This document shows positions 1-14,250 of a stretch of 64,000 nucleotides of DNA, one piece after another (within the stretch, counting starts at the first letter, position 1; each line of letters begins with the position of its first letter). The DNA lies in assembly GCA_012295275.1 (NCBI GenBank), contig CM022669.1:5332001-5396000 (forward strand). Direction: 5' to 3'. Origin of the DNA: Chrysomallon squamiferum. Taxonomy: Eukaryota > Animalia > Mollusca. The notes beneath the pieces are model-generated. The model saw nothing but the letters and a program-made list of their open reading frames with translations. It ran no database searches and was not told the DNA's origin. A program made the translations under genes and the position numbers.

Positions 1-3000
1 AAGATGTTCATGGAAGTATGGTGCAATATTGCTCACACACATATCTCAAAACTTCACAATAATTAAAATGATAAGATTTCTTGCATTTGTATGTGTTTAA
101 AACACATGTTGCTATAGAAGCAGCTGCCATCCTATTTATGAGCTCACATGAACAAAATTCATGATGACGAACAAGACACTATTTTTCATCAAAATAAAGC
201 TTCTAAGATTTTTGTATCTTGGTAACCACAACAGCGACTGTCTGTGTGGTCATCCTGCATCATTGAACATTTTAGATAAATAATTTTTGGAAGACATCTT
301 AGATTTCAGAATAAAACCATCAATATTATTAAAAAAATTCTGTTATATTAAAATAAAAACCATTTTCAAATAGATTGTTATTGTTATAATTAGTAAATTA
401 ATTATTTTGTTATTTATGAGAACTTATGGGTTTTTGGGGAGGGTTTAGTATGATTAGTTTTATGAAATTAATTGTGAATGATAAAAGAAAATTTAAAAAT
501 AAATTCACAGTTTAATTGTTCACTGTTCATATATTGATGTTTGTGTGGGTGTATATTTTACAGTTTTGATGTAGATATTTTACTATTTAGTCAGTTTTGA
601 AACTTGTCTCAACCTAACAAAGATGTTATTAGAAGTATAGTACAATATTGCTCCCACCTACGTCTCAAAACATCTCACTAATTAATATATTACAAATTAG
701 ATTTATGTATAGGTCCTTAAACATATTCCCATTTCTGATTTCTTGCATTTCTACATGTTTAAGCTACATGTTGCTGTGGAAGCAGTTGCCATCGTGTTTA
801 TAAGCTCACATGAACAAATTCATGGTGACGAACATGAGATTGATTTTTGTAAAAATAAAGCTACTAAAATATTTGTATCTTGGTAACTACAACAGTGACT
901 GTCTGTGTGGTTAACCTGCGTCATTGAACATTTTAAATAAATAAATTATGGATTTTGGAAGACATCTAAATATTATTAAAACTTTCTTGTAGAATTATAT
1001 TGAAATCAAAACTGTTTTCAAATACTATTAATTCTGTAATTAGTAAATTAATTATTTTATTTAAGAGATTTTTGTTTTTGTTTTTTTATAGTGGTTAGTT
1101 TTATGAATGATAAAAGAACATTTTAAAAAAGTCACAGTTTAATTGTTCGCTGTTGGTATATATGTGTTTGCATCTGTGTATTGTTTACAGTTATTCAGTT
1201 AGTTTTGATACTTGTCTGAATCTAAGAAGATGTTAATGGAAGTATGTTTCAGTATTGCTCACACATACATCTCAAAACATCTCATTAATTAATATGATAA
1301 GAATTAGATTTTTAGGGTCCCTAACCATTACAGATTTCTTGCGTTTTACATGTTTAAACTATATGTGGCTATGGAACCAGCTGCCATCATGTTTGTGAGC
1401 ACAGATGAACAAAATTCATGATGATGAATTAAGCATTTATTTTTATCAAAATAAAACTACTAGAATGTCTGTATCTTGGTAACAACAACAGTGACTGTCT
1501 GTGTGGTCATCCTTCATCATTGAACATATTAGATAAATAATTTTTGGAAGACATCTTAGATTTCAGAATAAAACCACCAATATTATTAAAAAATTTCTAT
1601 TATAATTATATTAAAATAAAAACAATTTTCAAATAGATTGTTATTGATATAATTAGTAAATTAATTATTTTGTTATTTATGAGAACTTATGATTTTTTTG
1701 GGAGGGTTTAGTATGATTAGTTTTATGAAATTAATGCTGTGAATGGTAAAAGAAAATTTAGAAAAAAATTCACAGTTTAATTGTTCACTGTTCATATATT
1801 GATGTTTGCGTGGGTGTATATTTTACAGTTTTGATGTAGATATTTTACTATTTAGTCAGTTTTGAAACTTGTCTCAACCTAACAAAGATGTTATTTTGGA
1901 AGTATGGTACAACATTGCTCCCACCTACGTCTCAAAACATCTCACTAATTAATATATTACAAATTAGATTTATGTATAGGTCCTTAAACATATTCCCATT
2001 ACCGATTTCTTGCATTTCTACATGTTTAAGCTACATGTTGCTGTGGAAGCAGTTGCCATCGTGTTTATAAGCTCACATGAACAAATTCATGGTGATGAAC
2101 ATGAGATTGATTTTTGTAAAAATAAAGCTACTAAAATATTTGTATCTTGGTAACTACAACAGTGACTGTCTGTGTGGTTAACCTGCGTCATTGAACATTT
2201 TAGATAAATAAATTATGGATTTTGGAAGACATCTAAATATTATTAAAACTTTCCTGTGGAATTATATTGAAATCAAAACTGTTTTCAAATACTATTAATT
2301 CTGTAATTAGTAAATTAATTATTTTGTTATTTAAGAGAATTTGTTTTTCTTCTTTTTTTTTATTGTGGCTAGTTTTATGAAATTAATGCTGTGAATGATA
2401 AAAGAAAATTTTAAAAAGTCACAGTTTAACTGTTCGCTGTTGTTATATATGTGTTTGCATCTGTGTATTGTTTACAGTTATTCAGTTAGTTTTGATACTT
2501 GTCTCAACCTAAGAAGATGTTAATGGAAGTATGTTTCAGTATTGCTCACACATACATCTCAAAACATCTCATGAATTAATATGATAAGAATTAGATTTAT
2601 GTATAGGTCCTTAAACATATTCCCATTATAGATTTCTTGCATTTCTACATGTTTAAGCTACATGTTGCTATGGAAGCAGTTGCCATCATGTTTATAAGCT
2701 CACGTGAACAAAATTCATGATAACGAACATGAGATTGATTTTTGTAAAAATAAAGCTACTAAAATATTTGTATCTTAGTAACTACAACAGTGACTGTCTG
2801 TGTGGTTAACCTGCGTCATTGAACATTTTAGATAAATAATGTTTTGGCTTTTGGAATAAAACACCAATATTATTAAAAATTTCTAGTATAATTATATTGA
2901 AATCAAAACTATTTTCAGATAGATTATTAGTCTTATAATTAGTAAATTAATTATCTACGAGAATTTAATTGGTTTTTAGGTGGGGTTATTTATTATTATT

Positions 3001-6000
3001 TTTTAGAATGGTTAGTTTTGTGGGATTAATGCTGTGAATGATAAAATAATTTTAAAAAAAAGTCAGTTTATTTGTTGACTGTTGGTGTATTTTTACATTT
3101 TTGATGTAGATATTTTACTATTTTGTTTTGATATTTGTCTCAACCTTTAAAAGATGTTCATGGAAGTATGGTGCTCACAGACATATCTCAAAACTTCACA
3201 ATAATTAATATGATAAGATTTCTTGCATTTGTTCGTGTTTAAAACACATGTTGCTATGGAAGCAGCTGCCAATCTATTTATGAGCTCACATGAACAAAAT
3301 TCATGATGACGAACAAGACACTATTTTTCATCAAAATAAAGCTTCTAAGATTTTTGTATCTTGGTAACCACAACAGCGACAGTCTGTGTGGTCATCCTGC
3401 ATCATTGAACATTTTAGATAAATACTTTTTGGAAGACATCTTAGATTTCAGAATAAAACCATCAATATTATTAAAAAATTTCTGTTATAATTATATTAAA
3501 ATAAAAACCATTTTAAAATAGATTGTTATTGTTATAATTAGTAAATTAATTATTTTGTTATTTATGAGAACTTATTTTTTTTTTGGGAGGGTTTAGTATG
3601 ATTAGTTTTATGAAATTAATGCTGTGAATGGTAAAAGAAAATTTAAAAAGAAATTCACAATTTAATTGTTCACTGTTCATATATTGATGTTTGCGTGGGT
3701 GTATATTTTACAATTTTGATGTAGATATTTTACTATTTAGTCAGTTTCGAAACTTGTCTCAACCTAACAAAGATGTTATTGAAAGTATGGTACAATATTG
3801 CTCCCACCTACGTCTCAAAACATCTCACTAATTAATATATTACAAATTAGATTTATGTATAGGTCCTTAAACATATTCCCATTACCGATTTCTTGCATTT
3901 CTACATGTTTAAGCTACATGTTGCTGTGGAAGCAGTTGCCATCGTGTTTATAAGCTCACATGAACAAATTCATGATAACGAACATGAGATTGATTTTTAT
4001 CAAAATAAAACTACTAGAATGTCTATATCTTGGTAACAACAACAGTGACTGTCTGTGTGGTCATCCTTCATCATTGGACATTTTAGATAAATAATGTTTT
4101 GGCTTTTGGAATAAAACACGAATATTATTAAAAATTTCTAGTATAATTATACTGAAATCAAAACTATTTTCAGATAGATTATTTGTCTTATAATTAGTAA
4201 ATTAATTATTTACGAGAATTTAATTGGTTTTTAGGTGGGGGTTTTTATTATTATTTTTTAGAATGGTAGTTTTGTGGGATTAATGCTGTGAATGATAAAA
4301 TAATTTAAAAAAAAGTCAGTTTAATTGTTGACTGTTGGTGTATTTTTACAGTTTTGATGTAGATATTTTACTAGTTTGTTTTGATATTTGTCTCAACCTT
4401 TAAAAGATGTTCATGGAAATATGGTGCAATATTGCTCACACACATATCTCAAAACTTCACAATAATTAATATAAGATTTCTTGCATTTGTACGTGTTTAA
4501 AACACATGTTGCTATGGAAGCAGCTGCCATACTATTTATGAGCTCACATGAACAAAATTCATGATGACGAACAAGACACTATTTTTCATCAAAATAAAGC
4601 TTCTAAGATTTTTGTATCTTGGTAACCACAACAGCGACTGTCTGTGTGGTCATCCTGCATCATTGAACATTTTAGATAAATAATTTTTGGAAGACATCTT
4701 AGATTTCAGAATAAAACCACCAATATTGTTAACATTTCTAGTATAATTATATTGAAATAAAAACCATTTTCAAATAGATTGTTATTGTTATAATTAGTAA
4801 ATTAATTATTTTGTTATTTATGAGAACTTATGGGTTTTTTGGGAGGGTTTAGTATGATTAGTTTTATGAAATTAATTGTGAATGATAAAAGAAAATTTAA
4901 AAATAAATTCACAGTTTAATTGTTCACTGTTCATATATTGATGTTTGTGTGGGTGTATATTTTACAGTTTTGATGTAGATATTTTACTATTTAGTCAGTT
5001 TTGAAACTTGTCTCAACCTAACAAAGATGTTATTGAAAGTATGGTACAATATTGCTCCCACCTACGTCTCAAAACATCTCACTAATTAATATATTACAAA
5101 TTAGATTTATGTATAGGTCCTTAAACATATTCCCATTTCTGATTTCTTGCATTTCTACATGTTTAAGCTACATGTTGCTGTGGAAGCAGTTGCCATCGTG
5201 TTTATAAGCTCACATGAACAAACTCATGGTGACGAACATGAGATTGATTTTTGTAAAAATAAAGCTACTAAAATATTTGTATCTTGGTAACTACAACAGT
5301 GACTGTCTGTGTGGTTAACCTGCGTCATTGAACATTTTAAATAAATAAATTATGGATTTTGGAAGACATCTAAATATTATTAAAACTTTCTTGTAGAATT
5401 ATATTGAAATCAAAACTATTTTCAAATAGATTATTAATCTTATAATTAGTAAATTAATTATTTTTTGGTTTTAGGTGGGATTTTTTTTTTTTTTTTTTTT
5501 TAGAATGGTTAGTTTTTTATGAATGATGAAAAAAACATTTTAAAAAAAAGTCACAGTTTAATTGTTGACTGTTGGTATATATGTTTTGCATCTTTTATTG
5601 TTTATATTTATTCTATTTTGTTTTGATATTTGTCTGAATCTTAAAAAGATGTTAATGGAAGTATGTTTCAGTATTGCTCACACATACATCTCAAAACATC
5701 TCATTAATTAATATGATAAGAATTAGATTTTTAGGGTCCCTAACCATTACAGATTTGCATTTGTTTTACATGTTTAAAACTATATGTTGCTATGGAACCA
5801 GCTGCCATCATGTTTATGAGCACAGATGAACAAAATTCATGATGATGAATTAAGACATTTATTTTTATCAAAATAAAACTACTAGAATGTCTGTATCTTG
5901 GTAACAACAACAGTGACTGTCTGTGTGGTCATCCTTCATCATTGAACATATTAGATAAATAATTTTTGGAAGACATCTTAGATTTCAGAATAAAACCACC

Positions 6001-9000
6001 AATATTATTAAAAAATTTCTATTATAATTATATTAAAATAAAAACAATTTTCAAATAGATTGTTATTGATATAATTAGTAAATTAATTATTTTGTTATTT
6101 ATGAGAACTTACTTTTTTTTTGGGAGGGTTTAGTATGATTAGTTTTATGAAATTAATGCTGTGAATGGTAAAAGAAAATTTAAAAAGAAATTCACAGTTT
6201 AATTGTTCACTGTTCATATATTGATGTTTGCATGGGTGTATATTTTACAGTTTTGATGTAGATATTTTACTATTTAGTCAGTTTTGAAACTTGTCTCAAC
6301 CTAAAAAGATGTTAATGGAAGTATGTTTCAGTATTGCTCACACATACATCTCAAAACATCTCATTAATTAATATATTACAAATTAGATTTTTAGGGGTCC
6401 TTAAACATATTCCCATTACCGATTTCTTGCATTTCTACATGTTTAAGCTACATGTTGCTGTGGAAGCAGTTGCCATCGTGTTTATAAGCTCACATGAACA
6501 AATTCATGGTGATGAACATGAGATTGATTTTTGTAAAAATAAAGCTACTAAAATATTTGTATCTTGGTAACAACAACAGTGACTGTCTGTGTGGTTATCC
6601 TTCATCATTGAACATTTTAAATAAATAAATTTTGGATTTTGGAATAAATCTAAATATTATTAAAAATTTCTAGTATAATTATATTGAAATCAAAACTATT
6701 TTCAAATAGATTATTTGTCTTATAATTAGTAAATTAATTATTTATTTAGAATTTAATTTTTTTTTAGGTGGTTTTTTTTTTATTTTTTTTTTAGAATGGG
6801 TGTTTTTGGGATTTTATGAATGATAAAAGAACATTTTAAAAAAGTCAGTTTAATTGTTGACTGTTGGTATATATGTTTTTGCATCTTTGTATTGTTTACA
6901 TATTATTCTATTTTGTTTTGATATTTGTCTCAACCTTAAAAAGATGTTAATGGAAATATGTTTCAATATTGCTCACACATACATCTCAAAACATCTCATT
7001 AATTAATATGATAAGATTTTTTTAACCATTGCAGATTTCTTGCGTTTTACATGTTTAAAACACATGTTGCTATGGAACCAGCTGCCATCATGTTTATCAG
7101 CTCACAGATGAACAAAATTCATGATGATGAATTACATGCATTTATTTTTATCAAAATAAAACTACTAAAATATTTGTATCTTGGTAACAACAACAGTGAC
7201 TGTCTGTGTGGTCATCCTTCATCATTGAACATTTTAAATAAATAAATTTTGGAAGACATTTAGGAAGAATAAAACCAAATATTATTAAAAATTTCTATTA
7301 TAATTATATTAAAATAAAAACAATTTTCAAATAGATTGTTATTAATTATAATTAGTAAATTAATTATTTTGTTATTTATGAGAATTTGTTTTTTTTTTTT
7401 TTTTTTTAGTATGATTAGTTTTATGAAATTAATGCTGTGAATGGTAAAAAGAAAATTTAAAAAAATTCACAGTTTAATTGTTCACTGTTCATATATTGAT
7501 GTTTGTGGGTTATATTTTACAGTTTTGATGTAGATATTTTACTATTTAGTCAGTTTTGAAACTTGTCTCAACCTAACAAAGATGTTATTGGAAGTATGTT
7601 TCAATATTGCTCCCACATACATCTCAAAACATCTCACTAATTAATATGATAAGAATTAGATTTATGTATAGGTCCTTAAACATATTCCCATTACAGATTT
7701 CTTGCATTTCTACATGTTTAAACTACATGTTGCTGTGGACACAGTTGCCATCATGTTTGTGAGCTCAGATGAACAAAATTCATGATGATGAATTAAGCAT
7801 TTATTTTTATCAAAATAAAACTACTAGAATGTCTGTATCTTGGTAACAACAACAGTGATTGTCTGTGTGGTCATCCTTCATCATTGACCATTTTAGATAA
7901 ATAATGTTTTGGCTTTTGGAATAAAATACCAATATTATTAAAAATTTCTACTATAATTATATTGGAATCAAAACTATTTTCAGATAGATTATTTGTCTTA
8001 TAATTAGTAAATTAATTATTTATGAGAATTTGATTGGTTTTTAGGTGGGGGTTTTTATTATAATTTTTTAGAATGGTTAGTTTTGTGGGATTAATGCTGT
8101 GAATGATAAAATAATTTTAAAAAAAAGTCAGTTTAATTGTTGACTGTTCGAGTATTTTTACATTTTTGATGTAGATATTTTACTATTTTATTTTGATATT
8201 TGTCTCAACCTTTAAAAGATGTTCATGGAAATATGGTGCAGTACTGCTCACACACATATCTCAAAACTTCACAATAATTAATATGATAAGATTTCTTGGA
8301 TTTGTACGTGTTTAAAACACATGTTGCTATGGAAGCAGCTGCCATACTATTTATGAGCTCACATGAACAAAATTCTTGATGACGAACTAGACACTATTTT
8401 TCATCAAAATAAAGCTACTAAAATTTTTGTATCTTGGTAACCACAACAGCGACTGTCTGTGTGGTCATCCTGCATCATTGAACATTTTAGATAAATAATT
8501 TTTGGAAGACATCTTAGATTTCAGAATAAAACCACCAATATTATTAAAATTTCTGTTATAATTATATTAAAATAAAAACCATTTTCAAATAGATTGTTAT
8601 TGTTATAATTAGTAAATTAATTATTTTGTTATTTATGAGAACTTATTTTTTTGGGAGGGTTTAGTATGATTAGTTTTATGAAATTAATGCTGTGAATGGT
8701 AAAAGAAAATTTAAAAAGAAATTCACAGTTTAATTGTTCACTGTTCATAAATTGATGTTTGCGTGGGTGTATATTTTACAGTTTTGATGTAGATATTTTA
8801 CTATTTAGTCAGTTTTGAAACTTGTCTCAACCTAACAAAGATGTTATTGGAAGTATGGTACAATATTCCTCCCACCTACGTCTCAAAACATCTCACTAAT
8901 TAATATGTTATGAATTAGATTTATGTATAGGTCCTTAAACATATTCCCATTACTGATTTCTTGCATTTCTACATGTTTAAGCTACATGTTGCTGTGGAAG

Positions 9001-11470
9001 CAGTTGCCATCATGTTTATAAGCTCACGTGAACAAAATTCATGATAACGAACATGAGATTGATTTTTATAAAAATAAAGCTACTAAAATTTTTGTATCTT
9101 GGTAACCACAACAGTGACTGTCTGTGTGGTTAACCTGCGTCATTGAACATTTTAAATAAATAAATTATGGATTTTGGAAGACATCTAAATATTATTAAAA
9201 CTTTCCTGTAGAATTATATTGAAATCAAAACTGTTTTCAAATACTATTAATTCTGTAATTAGTAAATTAATTATTTTGTTATTTAATAGATTTTTTTGTT
9301 TGTTTTTTTATAGTGATTGGTTTTATGAATAATAAAAGAACATTTGAAAAAGTCACAGTTTAACTGTTCGCTGTTGGTATAGATGTGTTTGCATCTGTGT
9401 ATTTTTGTTTTCAGTTAGTTTTCAGTTATTCATAAGAAGATGTTAATGGAACATGTTTCAGTATTGCTCACACATACATCTCAAAACATTTGAATTAATA
9501 TATAAAAAATAAAACAGATTTTTTGTGTTTCTACATGTTTAAAATTTTTGTATCATGTTTGTGAGCTCAGATGAACAAAATTCATGATGACGAACATGAG
9601 ATTGATTTTGTATAAAAATAAAACTAAAATTTTTGTATCTTGGTAACCACAACAGTGACTGTCTGTGTGGTCATCCTGCATCATTGAACATTTTAGATAA
9701 ATAATTTTTGGAAGACATCTTAGATTTCAGCATAAAACCACCAATATTGTTAACATTTCTAGTATAATTATATTGAAATAAAAACTTTTAAAATAGATAT
9801 TAGTCTTATAATTAGTAAATTAATTAGTTTTGATGACTTGTTTTCTTTCTGATTGATTCAGATTGGTTTGTTTTGTGAAATTAAAATAAAATAAAATTAA
9901 TCCACTTACAGAATGGAAATGCTGTGAATGATTGATGATATTTTAAAATAAAGTTACAGATTAACTATTTGCTGTTGGTATATATGTGTTTGCATGGGGG
10001 TATTATTTAGTTTTGATGTAGACATTATTTTACTATTTAGTTAGTTTTGATACTTGTCTCAGCCTAAAAAAGATGTTAATAAAAGTATGGTACAATATTG
10101 CTCACAGATACATCTCAAAACTTCACAATAATTAATATGATAAGAATTAGATTATTGTATTGGACCCTAACATAGTTCCATTACAGATTTCTTGCATTTC
10201 TGCATGTTTAAACTACATGTTGCTATGGAAGCAGTTGCCATCATGTTTATGAACTCACATAACCAAAATTCATGATGACAAACAAAAGATTGATTTTTTA
10301 TAAAAATCAAGCTACTAAAATGTTTGTATCTTGGTAACTACAACAGTGACTGTCTGTGTGGTTAACCTACATCACTGAACATTTTAGATAAATAAACTTT
10401 TTGTTTTTGGAAGCATCTTAGATTTTGGAATATAATAGTCAAGATTATTAAAAATTTCTTGAGTAATTATATTGAAATAAAAACTATTTTAAAATAGATT
10501 ATTATTGTTTTAATTAGTAAAATATTTATTTTGTTGTTTGTTTGTTTGTTGTGGGTTTTTGTTTGTTTGTTTGCTTGGCTTTTTTGTGTTTGTGGGTTTT
10601 TTTTTTTTTTTTAGAATGATTAGATTTGTGAATTTAATGGTGTGAATGATAAAATTTAAAAATAAAGTAACAGTTTAATTGTTCGCCATTGGTATATATG
10701 TGATTGCTAGGGTGTATTTTTTACTTTTGATGTAGAAATTATTTTTCTATTTAGTTAGTTTTGATACTTGTCTCAACCTAAAGATCTTAATGGAAGTACA
10801 GCACAATAGGACTGACATCTACATCACCAAACTTCACAATAATTAATATGTTGAGAATTAGATTTATGTATTGGTCCTTAAACATATTCCCATTACAGAT
10901 TTCTTGCATTTCTACATGTTTAAGCTACATGTTGCTATGGAAGCAGTTGCCATCGTGTTTATGAGCTCACATGAACAAAATTCATGATGACGAACATGAG
11001 ATTGATTTTTATCAAAATAAAGCTACTAAAATGTTTATATCTTGGTAACTACAACAGTGACTGTCTGTGTTGTTAACCTGCGTCATTGAACATTTTAGAT
11101 AAATACATTTTTTGTTTTTGGAAGACATCTTTGATTTTGGAATATAATCACCAATATTATTTTAAAATTTCTTGTGTTATTATATTGAAATAAAAACTGT
11201 TTTAAAATAGATTATTATTGTTATAATTAGTAAAATATTTATTTTGTTACTTGTGAGAACTTGTTTGTTTGTTATGGGTTTTTTGTTTGTTTGTTGTTTT
11301 TTTTAGAATGGTTAGTTTTGTGAAATTAATAATTGAGATTTAAAAGAAATAAAGTTACAGTTTAACTGTTTGCTGTTGGTGTATATGTGTTTGGGTGGGT
11401 GTGGTTTTAACAGTTTTGATGTAGAAATTGTTTTACTATTTATTCTGTTTTGATATTTGTCTCAACACTA
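1..11470. repeat. Tandem satellite, 18 units of ~600-710 bp, running off the left edge; probably intronic in the ARNT-like gene
   Basis: Unit-start motif AAGATGTT(C/A)AT recurs at about 1, 620, 1227, 1885, 2514, 3151, 3770, 4404, 5024, 5646, 6306, 6941, 7579, 8216, 8838, 9437, 10070 and (degenerate) 10781. Each unit has the core GTATCTTGGTAAC...ACAACAGTGACTGTCTGTGTGG or a close variant. Confidence 0.95.
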
Positions 11471-11637
11471 ATTAATATCTTAAGAATCAGATCTATGCAC
11501 TGGTTCTTAGTCTTATATTTAGTACAGTTTTTTGTTTTGTTTTCCTTTTATTATTTCTTCAGAATAGTCTGAATATAGAGAACAATATAGAGAATTGTTT
11601 ACATGATTAAATACTAAATGATGGTGTTTCTTTTCAG

Positions 11638-11710
11638 AGTGGTAATGAATATGGAGGATCATCAGGAACCCAGTCATTCAGTCAGATCAGTCCAAACAAT
11701 GCCTCTCCAG
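11638..11710 (+). CDS. ARNT: Internal coding exon of the ARNT-like gene (SGNEYGGSSGTQSFSQISPNNASP)
   Basis: Pyrimidine tract and acceptor TTTCTTTTCAG (AG 11636-11637), open S/G/Q-rich frame, donor CAG|GTAAAA at 11711. It ends in phase 1, matching the phase-1 acceptor of the terminal exon at 13852. Confidence 0.7.
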
Positions 11711-13366
11711 GTAAAACTTTGTCTTAGAAAAGTATAGTTACTTTGCATTTGTAGCTGAAAACTGCATGACACTATAATGATTTCAAAAAATAATAATAAT
11801 GAAATAAAAGATATGAGTTTCAGATGAAAAGCAGCAGGCATGTATTTATATATTGAAAGCACATTATTTAATATTTAGCATCTCCAACCCTAGCTCTATA
11901 AATAGTCTGGCCAAAACGTTTGCTCATGAATTTAAAGAAAGCTTTCCTGCTTCAAGAGATGAGATATTCCAGTGTAAAATATGTATATTCCAGTTGACTA
12001 GCATTTATTTTTAGTTTTATTTTTCATTAGTAAACTTTTTAGAAATCAGTCATTTATCATTTGTTGAATGTTTTATTTTAGGTAAATTAGATTGATTAAT
12101 TTAAAATGTACAAGTATATAGATTTTTTTAAATTATTTGCATGAAGAAAGTAATTATTAGGATGATATTTAGTAGTTATTTTTATCACAAGAAATTTACT
12201 TTGTGTATTTTGTTCAGTTAATTTCATATGTATCAACATAGAAAAACTCCACTAAATTATCTCCCATTGCAGATATAAAAAACCAAACACCTATATTAAG
12301 TTTAATCTCAGAATTTATTAATTCTCCTTACCATGTAGAACTATTACAGATGTACTTGTCTTTGTTTAAAATAATTTAATGGTATTTCTGATATACTTCT
12401 TCAGTTGAAAGAGTTTTCTGCAAAATAGGATAATGTTTAAAATTAATGCACACAGATGGATGCACACATACAGAATATAAGGTCTTTTATTTAAATCATA
12501 TTTTTAAAATAATGATTAGCTTTGAACATATTTTGTAAAAAATATATAAAATACACTGTTAAAAAATTATGTAGTGTTTAAAGAACATAGAATTATTCAT
12601 ATTTAACAAATAATGATTATCCTCAAACACATTTTGTAAGACGTATATATACTGAATATACTCTGAAAATTATCTACATGGTTTTTATTTAACATAGAGT
12701 TAATCATTTTTTTATCAAGTAGTGATTAATTTGTTTTCTGCAGAACATAATATTATGTTCAGTAATTAACTTTGATGCTGTTTTATGAAACGTTTCTCTG
12801 TTGAGTATTTCAGGTATCGCAATTGTCCTGTCTTGGTTTTTGTGCATTGGTGGACCCAACACGTAAAATGCAACTCTTCACCTCATCAGCTCATCTTCTT
12901 CTTTTCATGTTCTTGCTAAAATTAATTTTTATTAATTTATGCCAATTATCCTCTTATTATATATACAAGTCAAATATTTATTGCTTTTATCTTTAAATTT
13001 TGAAGTAATAAATACTTTAAAGGAATTCTTTTAAAAAAATTTTATCATTTAAATTTTATAAAAATGTAAATAAAATTTTGAATGGATATTATTTTCATCA
13101 TGGTTATTTTTATTTATTTATTTATTAAATGAGCTGACTTTTTTTTTAATTTCTGCACTGCTAGAAGCTGCTGCTTTACTTTTAATCAGTTTGCATGTAC
13201 TGATACATGGATAATGGATAATATATATATATATATATATACATACATATATAAGTAATGCATTCTGTAAATCAGTATCATATGAGCATTGTGATGTAAA
13301 ATACACACTGAATTTGCATCCTGATAGCAACATTATATATTTCTATTATCTTTTTTTAAAAACCAG

Positions 13367-13402
13367 TCCTTATTAATAGTAATAATAATATTTTTAATGC
13401 AG
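13367..13402 (+). CDS. Candidate 36-nt symmetric (phase 1-1) microexon, (V)LINSNNNIFNA
   Basis: Acceptor TTTTTTTAAAAACCAG ending at 13366, strong donor CAG|GTAAGG at 13403, and open in the frame needed to join 11710 to 13852. Confidence 0.45.
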
Positions 13403-13851
13403 GTAAGGAGAACATTTTCATATGGTATATGTTGTGCTTACTTTCTTCTGCTCTTTATTCCTGTTATTTTTGTTTACCTCTTTCTGCTTGCAAGTGATAA
13501 CGCTTTTCATCTGTTGTTATATTTTGTGTTTTCAAAACATAGTTACTGTTCTCTCTTGTTCTCATGGTGAACTGTACTGATTTATACACTGAAGTAACAA
13601 TGTTAAAGAAACAAAAAGTTATTTTTCAGGTCTCTGTGTTTGCTTTTGTAGTATTTGTTCAACACTAACAAATTTTTGTTTTTAAATTCTGCTTCTTATT
13701 TGTTGTTTTTTTGTTTTTTCATTCATTTATTTGTATTTATTTTTCTCTCTGTCTCTGTCTCTCTCTCTCTTGATTTGTTTTAACTGAGTTATGCTCTTGC
13801 TTTTACTTTGTTTCTGGGTCCACCATTGATTAATGTGCCCTTGTGTTTTAG

Positions 13852-14159
13852 TTGGACAGGCCAGCCACTTGGTGCTGTCGTGTAGCCTTCCCCATTTTTA
13901 TCAGCAACCCTCCTCCTCTTCAGGAAATTCAGGCCTTTGGGGCCAGTGGCAGGCATCAGGGGGTGATGCCACCACAAACCAACCAGGTGGTGTCATCCAG
14001 CATCAAGTTCAGCAACAGCAGCAGCCACAACAACAGCAACAGCAGCAGCAGCAACAGCAACAACAGCCTGAAGAATTTGGAGACATGTTCCGAATGCTGG
14101 GTCAGCCAGAATCCTCGGACTTCAGTGACTTGTCCATGTTTAATACTTTCCCAGACTGA
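13852..14159 (+). CDS. ARNT: Terminal coding exon of an ARNT/HIF-1beta-like bHLH-PAS factor (C-terminal transactivation region)
   Basis: LWGQWQ...poly-Q...PEEFGDMFRMLGQPESSDFSDLSMFNTFPD* resembles the ARNT C-terminus as I recall it (WPQWQ...PEVFQEMLSMLG...EFPDLTMFPPFSE). Acceptor TTGTGTTTTAG at 13850-13851; an alternative acceptor at TTTTTATCAG (~13904) is possible. The bHLH-PAS domains are outside the window, so the call rests on the C-terminus only. Confidence 0.75.
14010..14067 (+). repeat. CAG/CAA repeat encoding the poly-Q tract
   Basis: CAGCAACAGCAGCAGCCACAACAACAGCAACAGCAG... in the coding frame. Confidence 0.9.
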
Positions 14160-14216
14160 GACAGCCATTAACCAAACCGTTTGACATTTTTAATAATAAA
14201 AAAAAGTGTTTGTGTG

Positions 14217-14250
<34 letters not shown>

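Noticed and set aside
158-300. ATGATGA in the satellite as a C box of tandem intronic C/D snoRNAs
   Set aside because: No consistently placed CTGA D box or terminal stem, and the motif is not kept in B-type units (ATGGTGA, ATGATAA).
10899-11044. Satellite core bounded by CATTACAG| and |GTAAC, resembling a Dscam-style array of mutually exclusive exons
   Set aside because: The acceptor AG is missing in many units (CATTACCG, CATTTCTG), a 1-nt indel (CAAATTC vs CAAAATTC) shifts the frame between units, and in-frame stops occur.
12814-12862. Possible extra exon after TATTTCAG
   Set aside because: Weak donor (AC|GTAAAA), a 49-nt length that breaks phase with the downstream exons, and a hydrophobic translation unlike the flanking exons.
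13852-14184. Alternative-frame 110-aa ORF and antisense poly-Leu ORF over the ARNT-like exon
   Set aside because: Products of the CAG/CAA repeat; only the poly-Q frame resembles a known C-terminus.
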